A stretch of DNA of 64,000 nucleotides from an uncultured Ignavibacteriales bacterium (GCA_964464605.1 CAYXJN010000006.1:1-64000); one strand, 5' to 3'. Positions 49,335 through 60,865 are shown, numbered from the stretch's first letter. The notes: generated by a model not told the origin, from the letters alone. Numbers and translations: made by a program.

Positions 49335-52300
49335 TTAGAACACAAACTCACCCATCGGACACGGACCACAATTGAAGTAGTAGTTGATCAGATAGGTTAC
49401 GTCTGCCGCGTTGGCGGCGCCGCCGGAAGCATCCACGTCACCGAGGTGAGCGAATGGAATCGGGCCGGGGCCGGCAAAGTGGACGTTAGCAGCCAGGTAG
49501 ACGATGTCTGCCAGGTTGATAAGGTTGTCATTGTTCACGTCACCACGTCCATAACCAACCCACTTGTTGACCTGACGAGCCAGCGTCTTGATAGTAGCTG
49601 GAGCGGAGGTCGTGGTGGCGCCGGTTGAGGCGAGGGTCGGATAGCCGAAGTGAGCGACACCAAATTCAATCGTCTCGTTCGGTCCGAAGGACTTGCCGAG
49701 GTGGCTGATTGTCATCTGGAAGTCACGTGAGTTCAGCGTTGCGCCAGTACCGACGGTACCGGAAGCAGCACTCAGGTAAGTATAGAGGTTCGGGATGAAG
49801 ATATTCGGTTCCCAATAACCATCTACGTCACCATCAGTACCACGAACGTTACGAACCGGGGTTTCACCGCATCCGAACGGCAGTTTAATCTGCCCCCAGA
49901 CCTGAGCCGCGCCGGTCTTTCTCCAGGCAAATGCCGTAGAGACTGACTGGTCGAGACCGATAGTGTCGCCACCACCAAGATCGTAGTCGTTCATTGAACC
50001 GAAGAACCAGTTCGGCACTGAATCACCATTACGTTCGGTAACGGTCATCAGGTCAACAGTAACGTTGGCCAAAGAAGGTTCATCGACAGCACCGACAACA
50101 CGGCTGCGGACGAACAGACCCATGGTAGAGTCGTTATCGAACGGAGCAGCGCTGTACAGTTCATAGTTACCACCGAAGTTCTGGACGGAATCCAGATAGC
50201 TGCGGCAGATCATGCTGGCATCGATCGGGGTATACGTGATACCATTTGAAGAGATCGCGCCAACGTTGTACGGAGAAGTCAAGAACGGTTTGCAAGTAGA
50301 ATCGCACCAGTTCGGATCGCCCTGGAGTGAAATCCACTCATCATCCAATGACTGCCAATCCGGAGCACCGATCGCGTAACGGTCGGCAGCAACGGCATAA
50401 ACATATGAACCCTGGAAGTAGGCAGCGTCGTCGCCGTCGATACCGAACCCGTGCGGGGTCAGATCGCCGTCGCCCAAGCGTCCCTGATTCCAAACTAACT
50501 CAAGGTTCGCGGCGCCAATACCGAATTCCAAATGCGTGGTATCGGGCAAGCAGCCACCAACCAAGGTAATTTCGAATTGCGGAATACCGGCCGGATCGTT
50601 GAGGAAGTAATCCGGGTCATTGGAAGCAACCTGAACATACACAACGTTCGGGCCGCGGTTGATCAAGTTCTGGTCAATCACGATTTCCAGATCAGCCGTA
50701 TCGCCAGCGGCGATAAGGTCAGTGCTGGCCGGATGCGTAATCGAGACAAGCCATGGCGGTACAGCGGAAGCTGCACGGTTACGGTTGTCGCGTTCGATAC
50801 CGGTCGTGATTGCGAATTCATCGGCATTTTCGTTCGCCGCAAGTTTGACACCGCCCTTAAGCGCGAAGGTGCTCTTCGTGAGTAAATCTGCGATATCACC
50901 GGAACGAGTCATGCCCTGGCTTGCGCCATTATCGGCAATGCTGAAGGCCGGGATACGCACATTCGGGAACGGATTTTCATCGGCGAGAACAGTACCGATA
51001 TCCAAAGTAGCACAACCGGTGTTAACGATGTTCGGTCCCAAGTTAAGCGGAAGCGCCGGGTTGGAGCCGAAGTTAACAGCCTGGGTGTACGCAAAGGACT
51101 GGAATTCCAGACGCGGACGGTCAACGCCCTTGGTCATGGAAACCAGATACTGGTTACGGGTGGTAACTGCCACATACGGGCCATTACCAGCTGCGATACC
51201 GCGCGGAGCGGAGTTGGTACCGCCGCCGACGAGATCTTCCCAACGACGTTGGTAGATTTCATCGCCGTTGTCGGCATCATACACGAACATCCAGCCTGCG
51301 TCTGCAACTACATAGAGTTTGTCAGACACGCCAAGCGGTTCACAGGTGAGCACGCCAGCGCGAGCGCGCTGACCAAGCGGATCAGGATGTTCAGCCGTCC
51401 AGTCAATCGTCGAGAACTGCTTGCTCATAGCGATAACAGTTGTCAGGCCGAGCGTACCACCGCCCCAGCGAGAGTTGCTGAGCACCATGACACGGTTCTG
51501 GTCGACAATGGGAGCTTGACGAATCGCGCTCTCAGTGGCCGAGAAGCCTTCAACAGCACCGGTACTTGCATTCAGTTTGTAGTAGACGCCTTCAGACGGG
51601 TGGTTACCAAAACCGGTCGGTACGGCAGAAACTGCGTACACGGACGCGCCGTCGGTAGAAACACCAGCGTTGAAGATTTCACGAGTAACCGAAGCAGCCG
51701 GCCAAACGGTGGAGCCCTTCAAGTCAACAGCTGGCAGTGACCACAGAATGGCACCGGTGGCGGCGTCGATTTTGAAGACTGAGCCGTTCGCGGCCGACGG
51801 AGCGGTCGAGAAGTAGAGATTGGTACCGTCAGTTGCACCGGTGACTTCGGAGGAGTTACCGCCGAGTGAAACCGGGTTGGTAGCCCAACCGGGGTACAAC
51901 ACACCGGTTGCCGCATCGCGTGCAACGACGTTACCGGAGTTGGTCACATAGTACAGAACATCAGTTCCGGCCTGGTTCAGCACGAGGAACGCGCCGCCAC
52001 GGATCGGACCATTGTTCGGACCAGTCGCAATACCCCAAATGGTTGTAGCCGGGGCATTCCAGTCGACAGCAACAATGTTATTGTTACCGCCACCACCCAG
52101 ATACAGGATTTCAGAGCCACCTACTGTGTAGATTGCACCGCTTCCGGTGAGCTGGGTACCAAGAGCAAATCCGCCGCCGATACCGGCCCCGGCAGGACCC
52201 CAAGTATACTCAAGGGTACCGGTCGCCAGATCGAATCTGCGGTATCTGTCAAAGAAGTTAGCGACAACTTTGCCTTCATAGATGATCGGGCCAATACCGC

Positions 52301-54392
52301 TAACGGTAGCGGCAGAAGCGTTCGTTTCGCTGTAGCTCCAGAGACGATTTAAATCGCACCAGGAGTCGCTCAACGAAACTTGTGACGTACCATCAGAAGC
52401 GTTGTTACCGAATGCACGCGGCCAGTCAGAAGTACCTGAGCAAGCGCGTTCAGCGAACGGAACGCAGCAATGTTCGCTCACAAATGAGACTGCGGCATCA
52501 GCCAAAACACCACCGAAGAAATCATCGATGACATACCACTGATTGCCAAACACATTGCTGAATGTCGCGCCGCTGCCGACATAACCGGCGCCGCCGGCAG
52601 TCAAAGCGAGGGCAACGCGGATACCGGAGTCGCGAACCGCTGTTTGCGGAGCAACGACAAGCCAGTAGTCGCCTGATAATTCAACACTAAGAGGAGTAAA
52701 GTCGATTGTTCCGGTAAACAAGTACGTTGAACCGGTAAAACCGACGTTACCGAACGAGGCATAGTCTGCCGGGGTAAGCGTGATCGTAGCGATCGGAGCG
52801 CCAGGAAGCCCCGCGACATCTGTATACACCGAAATATCAGTATTGTCGGTATACATCGTAGCCGCGCGTCCGCCGTCTGAGCTTGCCCAGGCAAACGTCA
52901 ACTGGACGTTCCGAACTTGGCAGTTGGCGCCTACGCCGGTGAATTTCTGGCCCCACATGGTATTTCCGTTAACCGTTTCCGGTACGGCATACACGTGGCT
53001 GAAGCCAGTGAACGGCGTAGTGATCGAACAGTCGCTGAACTCGTCACGGCAGAGATTTGCCGTAATCAGGAACGCAGCGTCAACACCCCAGACGGTCAAC
53101 ATGTCATCCCAGCCAAAGCCAGGAGTATTGTCAGAACCGCGTCCAGTCGCGCTGCCGCCGTTGTCGGAAAGGAAGACTTCGCAATCTAGCCCAACCGTAC
53201 CGGACGAGGAAAGCGCAATGTGGAACGTGCTCGTGAGAACCAACGGAGGGAACGGCGCGTTGGTAACCGCAGGATATGCTGAATAGCTGCTACCCGGAAC
53301 AGTTACTTGGGCGAGCATCGTACCCGGCAAGCCGAAACCATCATCATCGTAAACGGTGACATGAATGGCATCGTCGCCGAACACATAGGCGGAACCCTTA
53401 CGGGTTGTACCTGATGCAGTCGCGTTGTAGACTGCGAAATCAACTGAAGCCAGTGTTTCCGGTCCGCCGACATCGAAGCGCATTGCATACGCTGAGTCAG
53501 CATAGAGAGCATCCGGTGTTGGCCAAATGTAGGCAACGCCGGAATTCCAACTTTGAGAATAGCAATCGGAGAAGGGAATCTCAGCGCAGCAGGTTTCGGC
53601 TTCGACAAAGAAACCCCAATCTACGTCGTCAGGGGAAGAGAAGACGTCCTGCGTTGCAATCCAGAAATCAAAACCGGTTCCGTCCAGATACCAATGGTTG
53701 CGCGGTTCTGCCGCGGGCGCATGGCCTGTAGCGTCATCGGTTATATACGCTAAAGTGTCGTCGGGTGAGTTAGAAAGAACGGTGAAGCCAATGTGGTATT
53801 CTTCACCATCTTCAAACACCCATCCTGCTGGGGAAAAATCAGCGTCCGCCCAGTAGAGACCAGAAGCCGGAAGGGATCCGTTCGGGAAATCTACTGAGTC
53901 GAGCTTAGCTCCAGGAAAACCAAACCCATCATCGTCATAGAGGTAGACACGCATGCCGGCGTCGCCTTCAAGCTCTGACCCGTAAACTAACACGGAACCA
54001 GTCTTGACCGTGCACTGTTCACCGGCAGGAGCCGTAAACCGTACAGTCGGCAATTCCAAGAGTACTCCGCCGAGGTCGGTCGGAAGTTCCCAGAAGAAGG
54101 CCGGAGCGCCGTTGTGGTGACCAGTAAAGCTGCAGCCAATCGCAGGCGCGTGGGCTTGACTGGAAGTACCATTCGGCAGTTCCTGAATGACGTTAGTCCC
54201 GTTAATACGACCTGAAGGCATCGTCACGTTCTTCGCTTTCTTTAACTGCGTTGTACGTGCGTGACTCGGGTTTGCCGGGCTATACGCGTTGCCAGGTTGA
54301 ATGCTTCTGTCTACATCTGATGAAAAAGCTGTACCGCTGAGGCCAAGTGTAAAGCCCAAGGCGAGTACTGCGATTATCAGTCGTTTGAACAT
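49335..54392 (-). CDS. Giant secreted protein (1685 aa): repeated beta-sandwich modules, PQQ-like propeller, C-terminal dockerin-like domain
   Basis: Signal peptide; RBS AAGGAGG; YDDDGFG.PG modules; DAATG...W repeats; GDVNND..INLADIVYL. Confidence 0.8.
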   Translation of the reverse strand: MFKRLIIAVLALGFTLGLSGTAFSSDVDRSIQPGNAYSPANPSHARTTQLKKAKNVTMPSGRINGTNVIQELPNGTSSQAHAPAIGCSFTGHHNGAPAFFWELPTDLGGVLLELPTVRFTAPAGEQCTVKTGSVLVYGSELEGDAGMRVYLYDDDGFGFPGAKLDSVDFPNGSLPASGLYWADADFSPAGWVFEDGEEYHIGFTVLSNSPDDTLAYITDDATGHAPAAEPRNHWYLDGTGFDFWIATQDVFSSPDDVDWGFFVEAETCCAEIPFSDCYSQSWNSGVAYIWPTPDALYADSAYAMRFDVGGPETLASVDFAVYNATASGTTRKGSAYVFGDDAIHVTVYDDDGFGLPGTMLAQVTVPGSSYSAYPAVTNAPFPPLVLTSTFHIALSSSGTVGLDCEVFLSDNGGSATGRGSDNTPGFGWDDMLTVWGVDAAFLITANLCRDEFSDCSITTPFTGFSHVYAVPETVNGNTMWGQKFTGVGANCQVRNVQLTFAWASSDGGRAATMYTDNTDISVYTDVAGLPGAPIATITLTPADYASFGNVGFTGSTYLFTGTIDFTPLSVELSGDYWLVVAPQTAVRDSGIRVALALTAGGAGYVGSGATFSNVFGNQWYVIDDFFGGVLADAAVSFVSEHCCVPFAERACSGTSDWPRAFGNNASDGTSQVSLSDSWCDLNRLWSYSETNASAATVSGIGPIIYEGKVVANFFDRYRRFDLATGTLEYTWGPAGAGIGGGFALGTQLTGSGAIYTVGGSEILYLGGGGNNNIVAVDWNAPATTIWGIATGPNNGPIRGGAFLVLNQAGTDVLYYVTNSGNVVARDAATGVLYPGWATNPVSLGGNSSEVTGATDGTNLYFSTAPSAANGSVFKIDAATGAILWSLPAVDLKGSTVWPAASVTREIFNAGVSTDGASVYAVSAVPTGFGNHPSEGVYYKLNASTGAVEGFSATESAIRQAPIVDQNRVMVLSNSRWGGGTLGLTTVIAMSKQFSTIDWTAEHPDPLGQRARAGVLTCEPLGVSDKLYVVADAGWMFVYDADNGDEIYQRRWEDLVGGGTNSAPRGIAAGNGPYVAVTTRNQYLVSMTKGVDRPRLEFQSFAYTQAVNFGSNPALPLNLGPNIVNTGCATLDIGTVLADENPFPNVRIPAFSIADNGASQGMTRSGDIADLLTKSTFALKGGVKLAANENADEFAITTGIERDNRNRAASAVPPWLVSITHPASTDLIAAGDTADLEIVIDQNLINRGPNVVYVQVASNDPDYFLNDPAGIPQFEITLVGGCLPDTTHLEFGIGAANLELVWNQGRLGDGDLTPHGFGIDGDDAAYFQGSYVYAVAADRYAIGAPDWQSLDDEWISLQGDPNWCDSTCKPFLTSPYNVGAISSNGITYTPIDASMICRSYLDSVQNFGGNYELYSAAPFDNDSTMGLFVRSRVVGAVDEPSLANVTVDLMTVTERNGDSVPNWFFGSMNDYDLGGGDTIGLDQSVSTAFAWRKTGAAQVWGQIKLPFGCGETPVRNVRGTDGDVDGYWEPNIFIPNLYTYLSAASGTVGTGATLNSRDFQMTISHLGKSFGPNETIEFGVAHFGYPTLASTGATTTSAPATIKTLARQVNKWVGYGRGDVNNDNLINLADIVYLAANVHFAGPGPIPFAHLGDVDASGGAANAADVTYLINYYFNCGPCPMGEFVF

Positions 54393-55112
54393 TTAAATCC
54401 TCCTTAAACAAGGAAAAGCGTCAAATTCGTGTTTTAAAGCCGGCACCACGCCGGACAAACCAATACAGCAGTATCGGCAGTCATGAGGCGTTTTACCACA
54501 TCCCTCGGAGTGTCTAGGGAAAGCAGGGATTTTCTCTTTAGCCAACGAATTCATTCTCATCCTATTTGGAGTCGGAGTTTACGTGTTATCATGAACTCCA
54601 GTTACATAGTCATTTTCACACTAAAGTCGCTGTTTACTCTCAGTTCCAGTCAAGTGTCGAAGTCACCTCCTGAAAAGACATACCAATAGGCAGTGTCAGT
54701 TCATGTATTGAGGGTGTTGTTACAGTGAGAAATTTGGAGAATAGACCTATGCATGTACCATACGCCTGATACGCTCTGATTTCCACGCGTGCGGAAAGAC
54801 AAAACATATCTATTCACATAAGGATATACCTTACGCGGCGGTTTTGATTGTTACCTAGATCTTCTGCTTAAGAGGTAATTGTGGTAGTTACGCGTCAGTC
54901 ATAAGTTGGCTCTCGGACCGATTCGCAACGTCACACGCTCGGTCGTAAAGATATACGAATGCCTGAAATTGTCAAGGAGGAAAGTGGAAAGCTTTTCCAG
55001 TTTATCCGCCCAGAAGCCGGGTTTCCCCGGAGACCGGGAGCTTTGCCGAAAAAGGGGCTGACCGCGGGTCAATGAGATTGACTTAACCGGGGTCTGACCA
55101 CTTTTTGCCCCG

Positions 55113-57515
55113 ATGCAGTTAAGCCGACTTTCTATCCGAAATTTTCGGGTCATCAAAGAAGCGACCGTCGAGTTCTCCGACAAGGTCATCGGAATTGTCG
55201 GCCGGAACGGGGCGGGGAAGTCTTCCTTGATCGAGGCAATTGCCTGGGCTTTTTACGGCAACCAAGCCGCCAGGACGGGACGAGATGAAATTCAGTCGAT
55301 CTTTGCCAGTCCCGCTGACCGGTGCGAGGTCGACCTTACTTTTTCCATCCATGAGCAACCCTTCCGAGTGGTCCGGAGATTGTACGGCGCCAGCGGCCGG
55401 GGGGAGGTAGAGCTGTTTCGGGGTAACGCAGCCGAATCACTGGGAGTACGGGAGACCGACAAATATATCCGAGACCTTTTGGGCTTAGACTTGAAAGGAT
55501 TTTCAACTTCTTTCCTGGCCCGCCAACAAGAACTGAGTGCTTTATCGGATATTCCAACTTCCGAGCGGCGGGATCATCTGGCCGGGATGCTCGGAATCGA
55601 GCGGCTCGACAAGGCAATCAAGCGGGTGAAAGAGGATGGGAAATTATCGGGGGAGCGGGTTGTCTTTTATGAGCGGCAGCTGCATGGACAGGAAACGCTC
55701 AATGCCCGGCTTGCAGAGTTAACCAGACGGCTGGATATGCAGCGTCTCCGGCTTCCGCAATTAGAGGAAGCAAAACGAAAAAGTGAACAAGAAGTACACA
55801 GCTGCACCGGCGAAGTTGCCCGACTGCAGGAACTGCAATCTGCCACGATTTTACTTCAGACTGAACTTTCCTCATGGCTGCGGATAGCGGCGGAACAGGG
55901 AGAAAGAAGCAGGATTCTTTCGACCGAATTGTCTGACTTGGAAAAGCTCAGTAAAGAGATAGCTCAACTTAAGGAAGCAATCGCTGTGCTTCCGACGCTT
56001 ACAGAAAAGGCGTTGCAGGCGCAGGAGTGGCGTGTTCAGTCGGCTAACCGGGCCGTCAGGCTGGATAAGAAAAAAGAATTAGAAACCACACTGGTCGAAT
56101 TGACCGGTACGCTTGAAAGGGCGAATCAAAAGAAAGCAGCGATAGAAAAAGAGATTGCCGCTTTTCCTCTTGATGCCGCCGCCCGGTTTGAACAGGTAGA
56201 CAAGGAAATACAATCGGCCCTGAATGAATACAGCAGTGAAAACGCAAAGCTGATAGCGGCCCGGCAGGCACTCGAAAAGATTGCCGGACAGTTGTCCAGC
56301 ATTCATGAGCTGGGGGCGGATGCCGTCTGCGACCGATGTCTCCGCCCGATGGGAACAGAATATGAGCGGATAACCGCACATCTCAAGGATGAGCAAAGAG
56401 AACTGAACGATCTTGCCGCAACACTGGACAAACAGCTGAATCAGTTAAAACAGCGCGGTGCAGATATGCGCGCTGAGAAGAATGCTTTGGAGCAATTTAT
56501 CCGAAATGAACACCAGCTTACATTAGAAAAACAGGCGGTTGAGGATTTGCGTGGTGAGTTAGCAAAGAGATATCAAGAAACCGATGATCGACTGACAGCG
56601 GTTGTAACGGAAATTTCTGCGCTTCCCGATGACAAATCGGATTTTCATGACTTTGCAAACATAGAGGAGACCATCAATAGCCTGCGGCAAAAAGAACAGG
56701 CATACATTCATGGCAAAGGGAAACTGGAGCGTCAGTCGGTTTTGACCGGCGAGTTTAATCAAGTACAACAAAAAGTGATAGAGGCTGACCGTCAGATTGA
56801 CGAAATCAAAACAAAGCTCGGGCAAGGCAGCGTTACCGACGAAATGTTTGACCGGGCAAAAAAAGCGCTTGGCGCTGCCCAGCAGGAGTATGAGCAGCGG
56901 CGGACGGAATATGAATCGGTGGTGCGGGAAATTCAGGTGACTGAAACCGACCTGCGCGGGGTTGCGGAATCTTTGGAGCAGCTTGCAAAAATAACCGAAA
57001 AATTGGAAACGGAACGGGAGACCTTATTCTACGGCAAAAAGCTCGATTTACTTTTGGTCGAATTTCGCAAGCAGCTTATCGCCGGTATTCGCCCCGCCTT
57101 GGCTGATCTTTCCGGGCGGTTAATGGCTGAGATGACCGAAGGGAGATACGGACTGGTTGAACTGGACGCCGATTACAATTTGCGGGTGATTGACTACGGC
57201 AAGTCGTACGGTATAAACCGTTTCTCCGGCGGTGAAAAAGACTTGGCAAATCTTTGTCTTCGCTTGGCCATTTCACTCGCTTTAACTGAGTCTGCCGGGC
57301 TGAATCGTTCCTTTATTATTTTGGATGAAATCTTTGGTTCACAAGATGATACCCGACGTGATCTAATCATTCAGGCGATGGGTAATTTGAAGCAGCGATT
57401 CCCGCAAATCCTGCTCGTTACGCATGTTGATGACATCAAGGGACAAGTGGAAGAAACAATCGAAGTGGTCCCAACCGTGCACGGCTGGTCGGAGGTAAAA
57501 CAGATTGGGGCGTAG
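55113..57515 (+). CDS. sbcC: SbcC/Rad50-type SMC ATPase
   Basis: GRNGAGKSS, RQQE, long coiled coils with CDRC hook, FSGGE, ILDE, VTH. Confidence 0.88.
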   Translation: MQLSRLSIRNFRVIKEATVEFSDKVIGIVGRNGAGKSSLIEAIAWAFYGNQAARTGRDEIQSIFASPADRCEVDLTFSIHEQPFRVVRRLYGASGRGEVELFRGNAAESLGVRETDKYIRDLLGLDLKGFSTSFLARQQELSALSDIPTSERRDHLAGMLGIERLDKAIKRVKEDGKLSGERVVFYERQLHGQETLNARLAELTRRLDMQRLRLPQLEEAKRKSEQEVHSCTGEVARLQELQSATILLQTELSSWLRIAAEQGERSRILSTELSDLEKLSKEIAQLKEAIAVLPTLTEKALQAQEWRVQSANRAVRLDKKKELETTLVELTGTLERANQKKAAIEKEIAAFPLDAAARFEQVDKEIQSALNEYSSENAKLIAARQALEKIAGQLSSIHELGADAVCDRCLRPMGTEYERITAHLKDEQRELNDLAATLDKQLNQLKQRGADMRAEKNALEQFIRNEHQLTLEKQAVEDLRGELAKRYQETDDRLTAVVTEISALPDDKSDFHDFANIEETINSLRQKEQAYIHGKGKLERQSVLTGEFNQVQQKVIEADRQIDEIKTKLGQGSVTDEMFDRAKKALGAAQQEYEQRRTEYESVVREIQVTETDLRGVAESLEQLAKITEKLETERETLFYGKKLDLLLVEFRKQLIAGIRPALADLSGRLMAEMTEGRYGLVELDADYNLRVIDYGKSYGINRFSGGEKDLANLCLRLAISLALTESAGLNRSFIILDEIFGSQDDTRRDLIIQAMGNLKQRFPQILLVTHVDDIKGQVEETIEVVPTVHGWSEVKQIGA

Positions 57516-58167
57516 ACGGCGGTCATTCAAGCGACGGCTCTGGCAGCTTTTACTTGTATTGCTTGGCGCCGGAGCGCTGGTCACCTTTCGGTTTCCGGAA
57601 AAAATCGGAGTTGAAAAAACGGCGCCAGTTGACCGGTTTGTCGTTTCCCGTGTGCTGGACGGGGATACGTTTGTTTTGAACGGCGGCGATAAAGTACGGC
57701 TTTTGTCGATAGATACACCTGAGGAAAAAGAAACGCTGCATGATCAGGCGAAATCGTTTTTGGAAGATATGGTCGGAGGGAAATCGGTACGTCTGGAATA
57801 CGGAAAAGAGCGGCGGGATAAATATGGCCGAATGCTGGCGTATGTCTATGTAGATACCTTGTTCGTCAATCGAGCGATTGTGTATAATGGCTATGCCAAT
57901 GTATACCTGTTTGAACGAAGCGAACTCAACATGAGCGAAACCAAGGAATTGCTAAAAGCCCAGCGAAGCGCGTTAGAGCGCAAGAGCGGTATATGGGCGA
58001 TTGAACGCACGGCGGAAACTGTCTATTATGCCCGGGAACGATCATTTCGGTTTCATCGTCCGAATTGCACGACATTGTCCGACGACCCCGGTAATTTGCG
58101 CGAAATAGCGACACGCAATGAAGCGATCTTTGAAGGATTATCACCGTGTCGAACCTGTCAGCCGTAA
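57505..58167 (+). CDS. Membrane-anchored thermonuclease (SNase) with Ada-like metal-binding tail
   Basis: V.DGDT, VRLL.IDTPE, DKYGR.LAYV; FHRPNC...PCRTCQP. Confidence 0.9.
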   Translation: MGRRRRSFKRRLWQLLLVLLGAGALVTFRFPEKIGVEKTAPVDRFVVSRVLDGDTFVLNGGDKVRLLSIDTPEEKETLHDQAKSFLEDMVGGKSVRLEYGKERRDKYGRMLAYVYVDTLFVNRAIVYNGYANVYLFERSELNMSETKELLKAQRSALERKSGIWAIERTAETVYYARERSFRFHRPNCTTLSDDPGNLREIATRNEAIFEGLSPCRTCQP

Positions 58168-58196
58168 TACTAAGCGTTCGTAATAGAAAGCGTATT

Positions 58197-58856
58197 GTGA
58201 AGCAAAAAAAACTGATTCATCCGGTCTTGCTTTTTGTTTTTTCCCTCTGCTTTTGCTTTGGTATTGAATTAGGATATGGACAGGATGTCCCGGTTGAAGT
58301 TGAGCGGCTGACGGTAAGGCCGATCGATACTATCGATGCCGAACGGATACGAATTTGGATTCCGATCGAGGGGGGATATTCCTGCGGGGTGAAAGTTCAT
58401 ATTTATGATTCGACCGGAAAAGAGGTCCGTTATTTTTTGAATACGCTTTTGTCGAGAGGCTACCACAACTTTTACTGGGATAAGCGGGATAGTTTAGGAA
58501 ATTATGTTGCGCCCGGTACATATTCCTACGAATCAAAGGCCTGCGGTAGAATCCGAACCGGAAAACTCGACGTTGTCTTCACGCCATGGGAACGAGACAT
58601 TAAAATAACTACTCTTGACAGCACAAAACCGCCGACGTTCGTGATCGAAACCAAACGGGACTCTATACGGATATCTTTGTCCGTCTTGTTTGCCGGCGGA
58701 CGGGTAGCAGATGAAGTGGTAAAAGATTCACTGTTTGCAAGCGGCGTACATTCCTTTATGTGGACTCCCAAAATGAATTTGCCGCCCAATCTCTATCGAT
58801 TACAACTACAGGCCGGTGAGTACGTAACTGAAACCGCCTTCCGCTATCAGCCATGA
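58197..58856 (+). CDS. Secreted protein with FlgD-Ig-like domains; start uncertain
   Basis: V.IYD..GK.VR......G.H...WD.RD..G..V..G.Y, with a second similar repeat. Confidence 0.65.
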   Translation: MKQKKLIHPVLLFVFSLCFCFGIELGYGQDVPVEVERLTVRPIDTIDAERIRIWIPIEGGYSCGVKVHIYDSTGKEVRYFLNTLLSRGYHNFYWDKRDSLGNYVAPGTYSYESKACGRIRTGKLDVVFTPWERDIKITTLDSTKPPTFVIETKRDSIRISLSVLFAGGRVADEVVKDSLFASGVHSFMWTPKMNLPPNLYRLQLQAGEYVTETAFRYQP

Positions 58857-59323
58857 AATTTCGTTTAGTCATTCTTCTTATTGGTTTGCTGCTCTTTGGG
58901 TGCGGTCCGCATCACGTCCCTATTGAGGAAACCTCCTTGCCCAGTAAAGGGAGATTTGAAACCGTCTGGGTAAATCCGAAAATTGTCTATGCAGATACGC
59001 TATTGACGCTTATCAGCGCCGACCGACTGGATTCATTATTTGTTCGGACTTCAGAGCATTCTCCGGGAGAAAATATGCCGACCGTGGCGTTTCAAGTTGC
59101 ACCGGCATCCTGTCAGGTGAAAGCGACGCTTACCGACGCGCGCAACCGGACCATTCTCGAACTCTTTCAGCGCCCTTTACCGAGAGCGCAGTATAAAATC
59201 ACGCTTGATCCGATTCGATTACAGAAACTTTTTCCCGGTTCACTCAGTGATCTGCGGGTGCAGCTTTCTATTTGCGGCGTCATTTCCCGCGAAGCGCCGA
59301 CGCTGCCCAATGCTGCGCAATAA
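58853..59323 (+). CDS. Hypothetical lipoprotein
   Basis: Lipobox LFGC. Confidence 0.65.
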   Translation: MKFRLVILLIGLLLFGCGPHHVPIEETSLPSKGRFETVWVNPKIVYADTLLTLISADRLDSLFVRTSEHSPGENMPTVAFQVAPASCQVKATLTDARNRTILELFQRPLPRAQYKITLDPIRLQKLFPGSLSDLRVQLSICGVISREAPTLPNAAQ

Positions 59324-59340
59324 TTGCTCAGCGCTTTTCC

Positions 59341-59367
59341 TATACTCTTTTCCTAAACAGCCGATAC
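59341..59367 (+). promoter_or_regulatory. Possible sigma-28-like promoter
   Basis: TATA-N15-GCCGATAC. Confidence 0.4.
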
Positions 59368-59433
59368 TCAACAACGTATGCGCGTTTGTTGTAAGCGCGA
59401 AAGAGGTAGGACAAAGAGGTACGAGGCAGAGCA

Positions 59434-60816
59434 ATGGTCAATATTTTAGTCGTCGATGATAAAGACACGATGCGCAATATGCTCGTGGATACACTTGCCG
59501 ATGAGGGATATCGCGTCGATTCGGCAGTCGACGGTCGTCGCGCAATAGAATTAGTTCGCAATAAATCTTACGATGTCGTTCTGACCGATCTGAAGATGCC
59601 GGATGTTGACGGCATTCAACTGCTTTCCGAAGTCAAACAAGTAGATGAAGAGATGCCGGTCATTATTATGACCGCCTACGCGACGGTTGAAAACGCCGTT
59701 GAAGCGATGAAAAAGGGTGCATTCGATTTTATCACCAAACCATTCGACACCGATCATTTATGTGTTTTAGTCAACCGCGCTTTGGAAAATCGCCGTTTGC
59801 GCGCGGAAAATTTCCTGCTTCGCCAGGAACTTGCCTCGTTTCAGGGATTCACGGATATCATCGGGAAAAATCAGAAGATGATCGAAATCGGTCAGCTGAT
59901 TCATAAAGTCTCAAAATCAGATGCTTCCGTGCTGCTCTTGGGTGAATCCGGAACCGGAAAAGAATTATTCGCCCGAGCGATTCATTCGTTGTCGCCGCGC
60001 AAAGAGAAGCCGTTTATCGCTATCAACTGTGCCGCGATTCCGGATGAACTGTTGGAAAATGAATTGTTCGGTTCAGAAAAGGGTGCGTTTACCGGCGCCC
60101 ATGCCCGCAAGATCGGTAAGTTTGAGATCGCCAATACCGGTACGATTTTCCTTGATGAAATCGGGGACATGGATATTTCACTTCAGGCCAAGTTGCTGCG
60201 CGTATTGCAGCAGAAAAATTTTGAACGTTTGGGTGGTACCAAGTCAGTCGATGTCGATGTCCGCGTTATCGCTGCGACTAACATGGATCTGAATGAGTTG
60301 ATTCGCCAGAAGAAATTCCGTGAAGATTTGTATTATCGTTTGTCCGTTTTCCCGGTCAATATTCCGCCATTGCGTGAGCGGGCAGACGATGTCCGTGAAT
60401 TGGCTGATTATTTCGTGACTAAATACTGCCGTGAAATGCGTAAGCCGATGAAGTCTCTTTCCAATGAAGCGGCCGGTTTGCTCGAACGATATCACTGGCC
60501 CGGTAACGTGCGGGAATTGGAAAACACGATTGAACGGGCGATTATTCTGGCCGAAGGAAAGAAAATTACGCCGGAGCATTTGGCTATCCGCCTGCAGCGC
60601 AGTGAAGAAGTTCAATTGCGCGAGGGCGTCGGCTTAAAAGAAATCGGTCAGCATGCCCAGATGAACGCGGAAAAACATACGATTTTACGGGTGCTCAAAC
60701 AGGTGCGCGGCAACAAGCGAAAATGCGCGCAAATTTTGAAAATCGACTATACGACCCTGTTCGATAAAATCAAAAAATACAACATCGAAGCGATTCTGCA
60801 CGGAGAAGAGGCGTAA
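59434..60816 (+). CDS. Sigma-54-dependent response regulator (NtrC/AtoC family)
   Basis: Receiver domain; [45 protein letters not shown]-terminal HTH. Confidence 0.96.
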   Translation: MVNILVVDDKDTMRNMLVDTLADEGYRVDSAVDGRRAIELVRNKSYDVVLTDLKMPDVDGIQLLSEVKQVDEEMPVIIMTAYATVENAVEAMKKGAFDFITKPFDTDHLCVLVNRALENRRLRAENFLLRQELASFQGFTDIIGKNQKMIEIGQLIHKVSKSDASVLLLGESGTGKELFARAIHSLSPRKEKPFIAINCAAIPDELLENELFGSEKGAFTGAHARKIGKFEIANTGTIFLDEIGDMDISLQAKLLRVLQQKNFERLGGTKSVDVDVRVIAATNMDLNELIRQKKFREDLYYRLSVFPVNIPPLRERADDVRELADYFVTKYCREMRKPMKSLSNEAAGLLERYHWPGNVRELENTIERAIILAEGKKITPEHLAIRLQRSEEVQLREGVGLKEIGQHAQMNAEKHTILRVLKQVRGNKRKCAQILKIDYTTLFDKIKKYNIEAILHGEEA

Positions 60817-60865
60817 CGCCTCTTTTTTTGTGCATAAAAAAACGGCTGTCTCGCAACAGCCGTTC
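60806..60865. terminator. Back-to-back terminators of convergent genes
   Basis: AAGAGGCG-TAA-CGCCTCTT plus T run (plus strand); A run-AACGGCTGT...ACAGCCGTT (minus strand). Confidence 0.75.
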
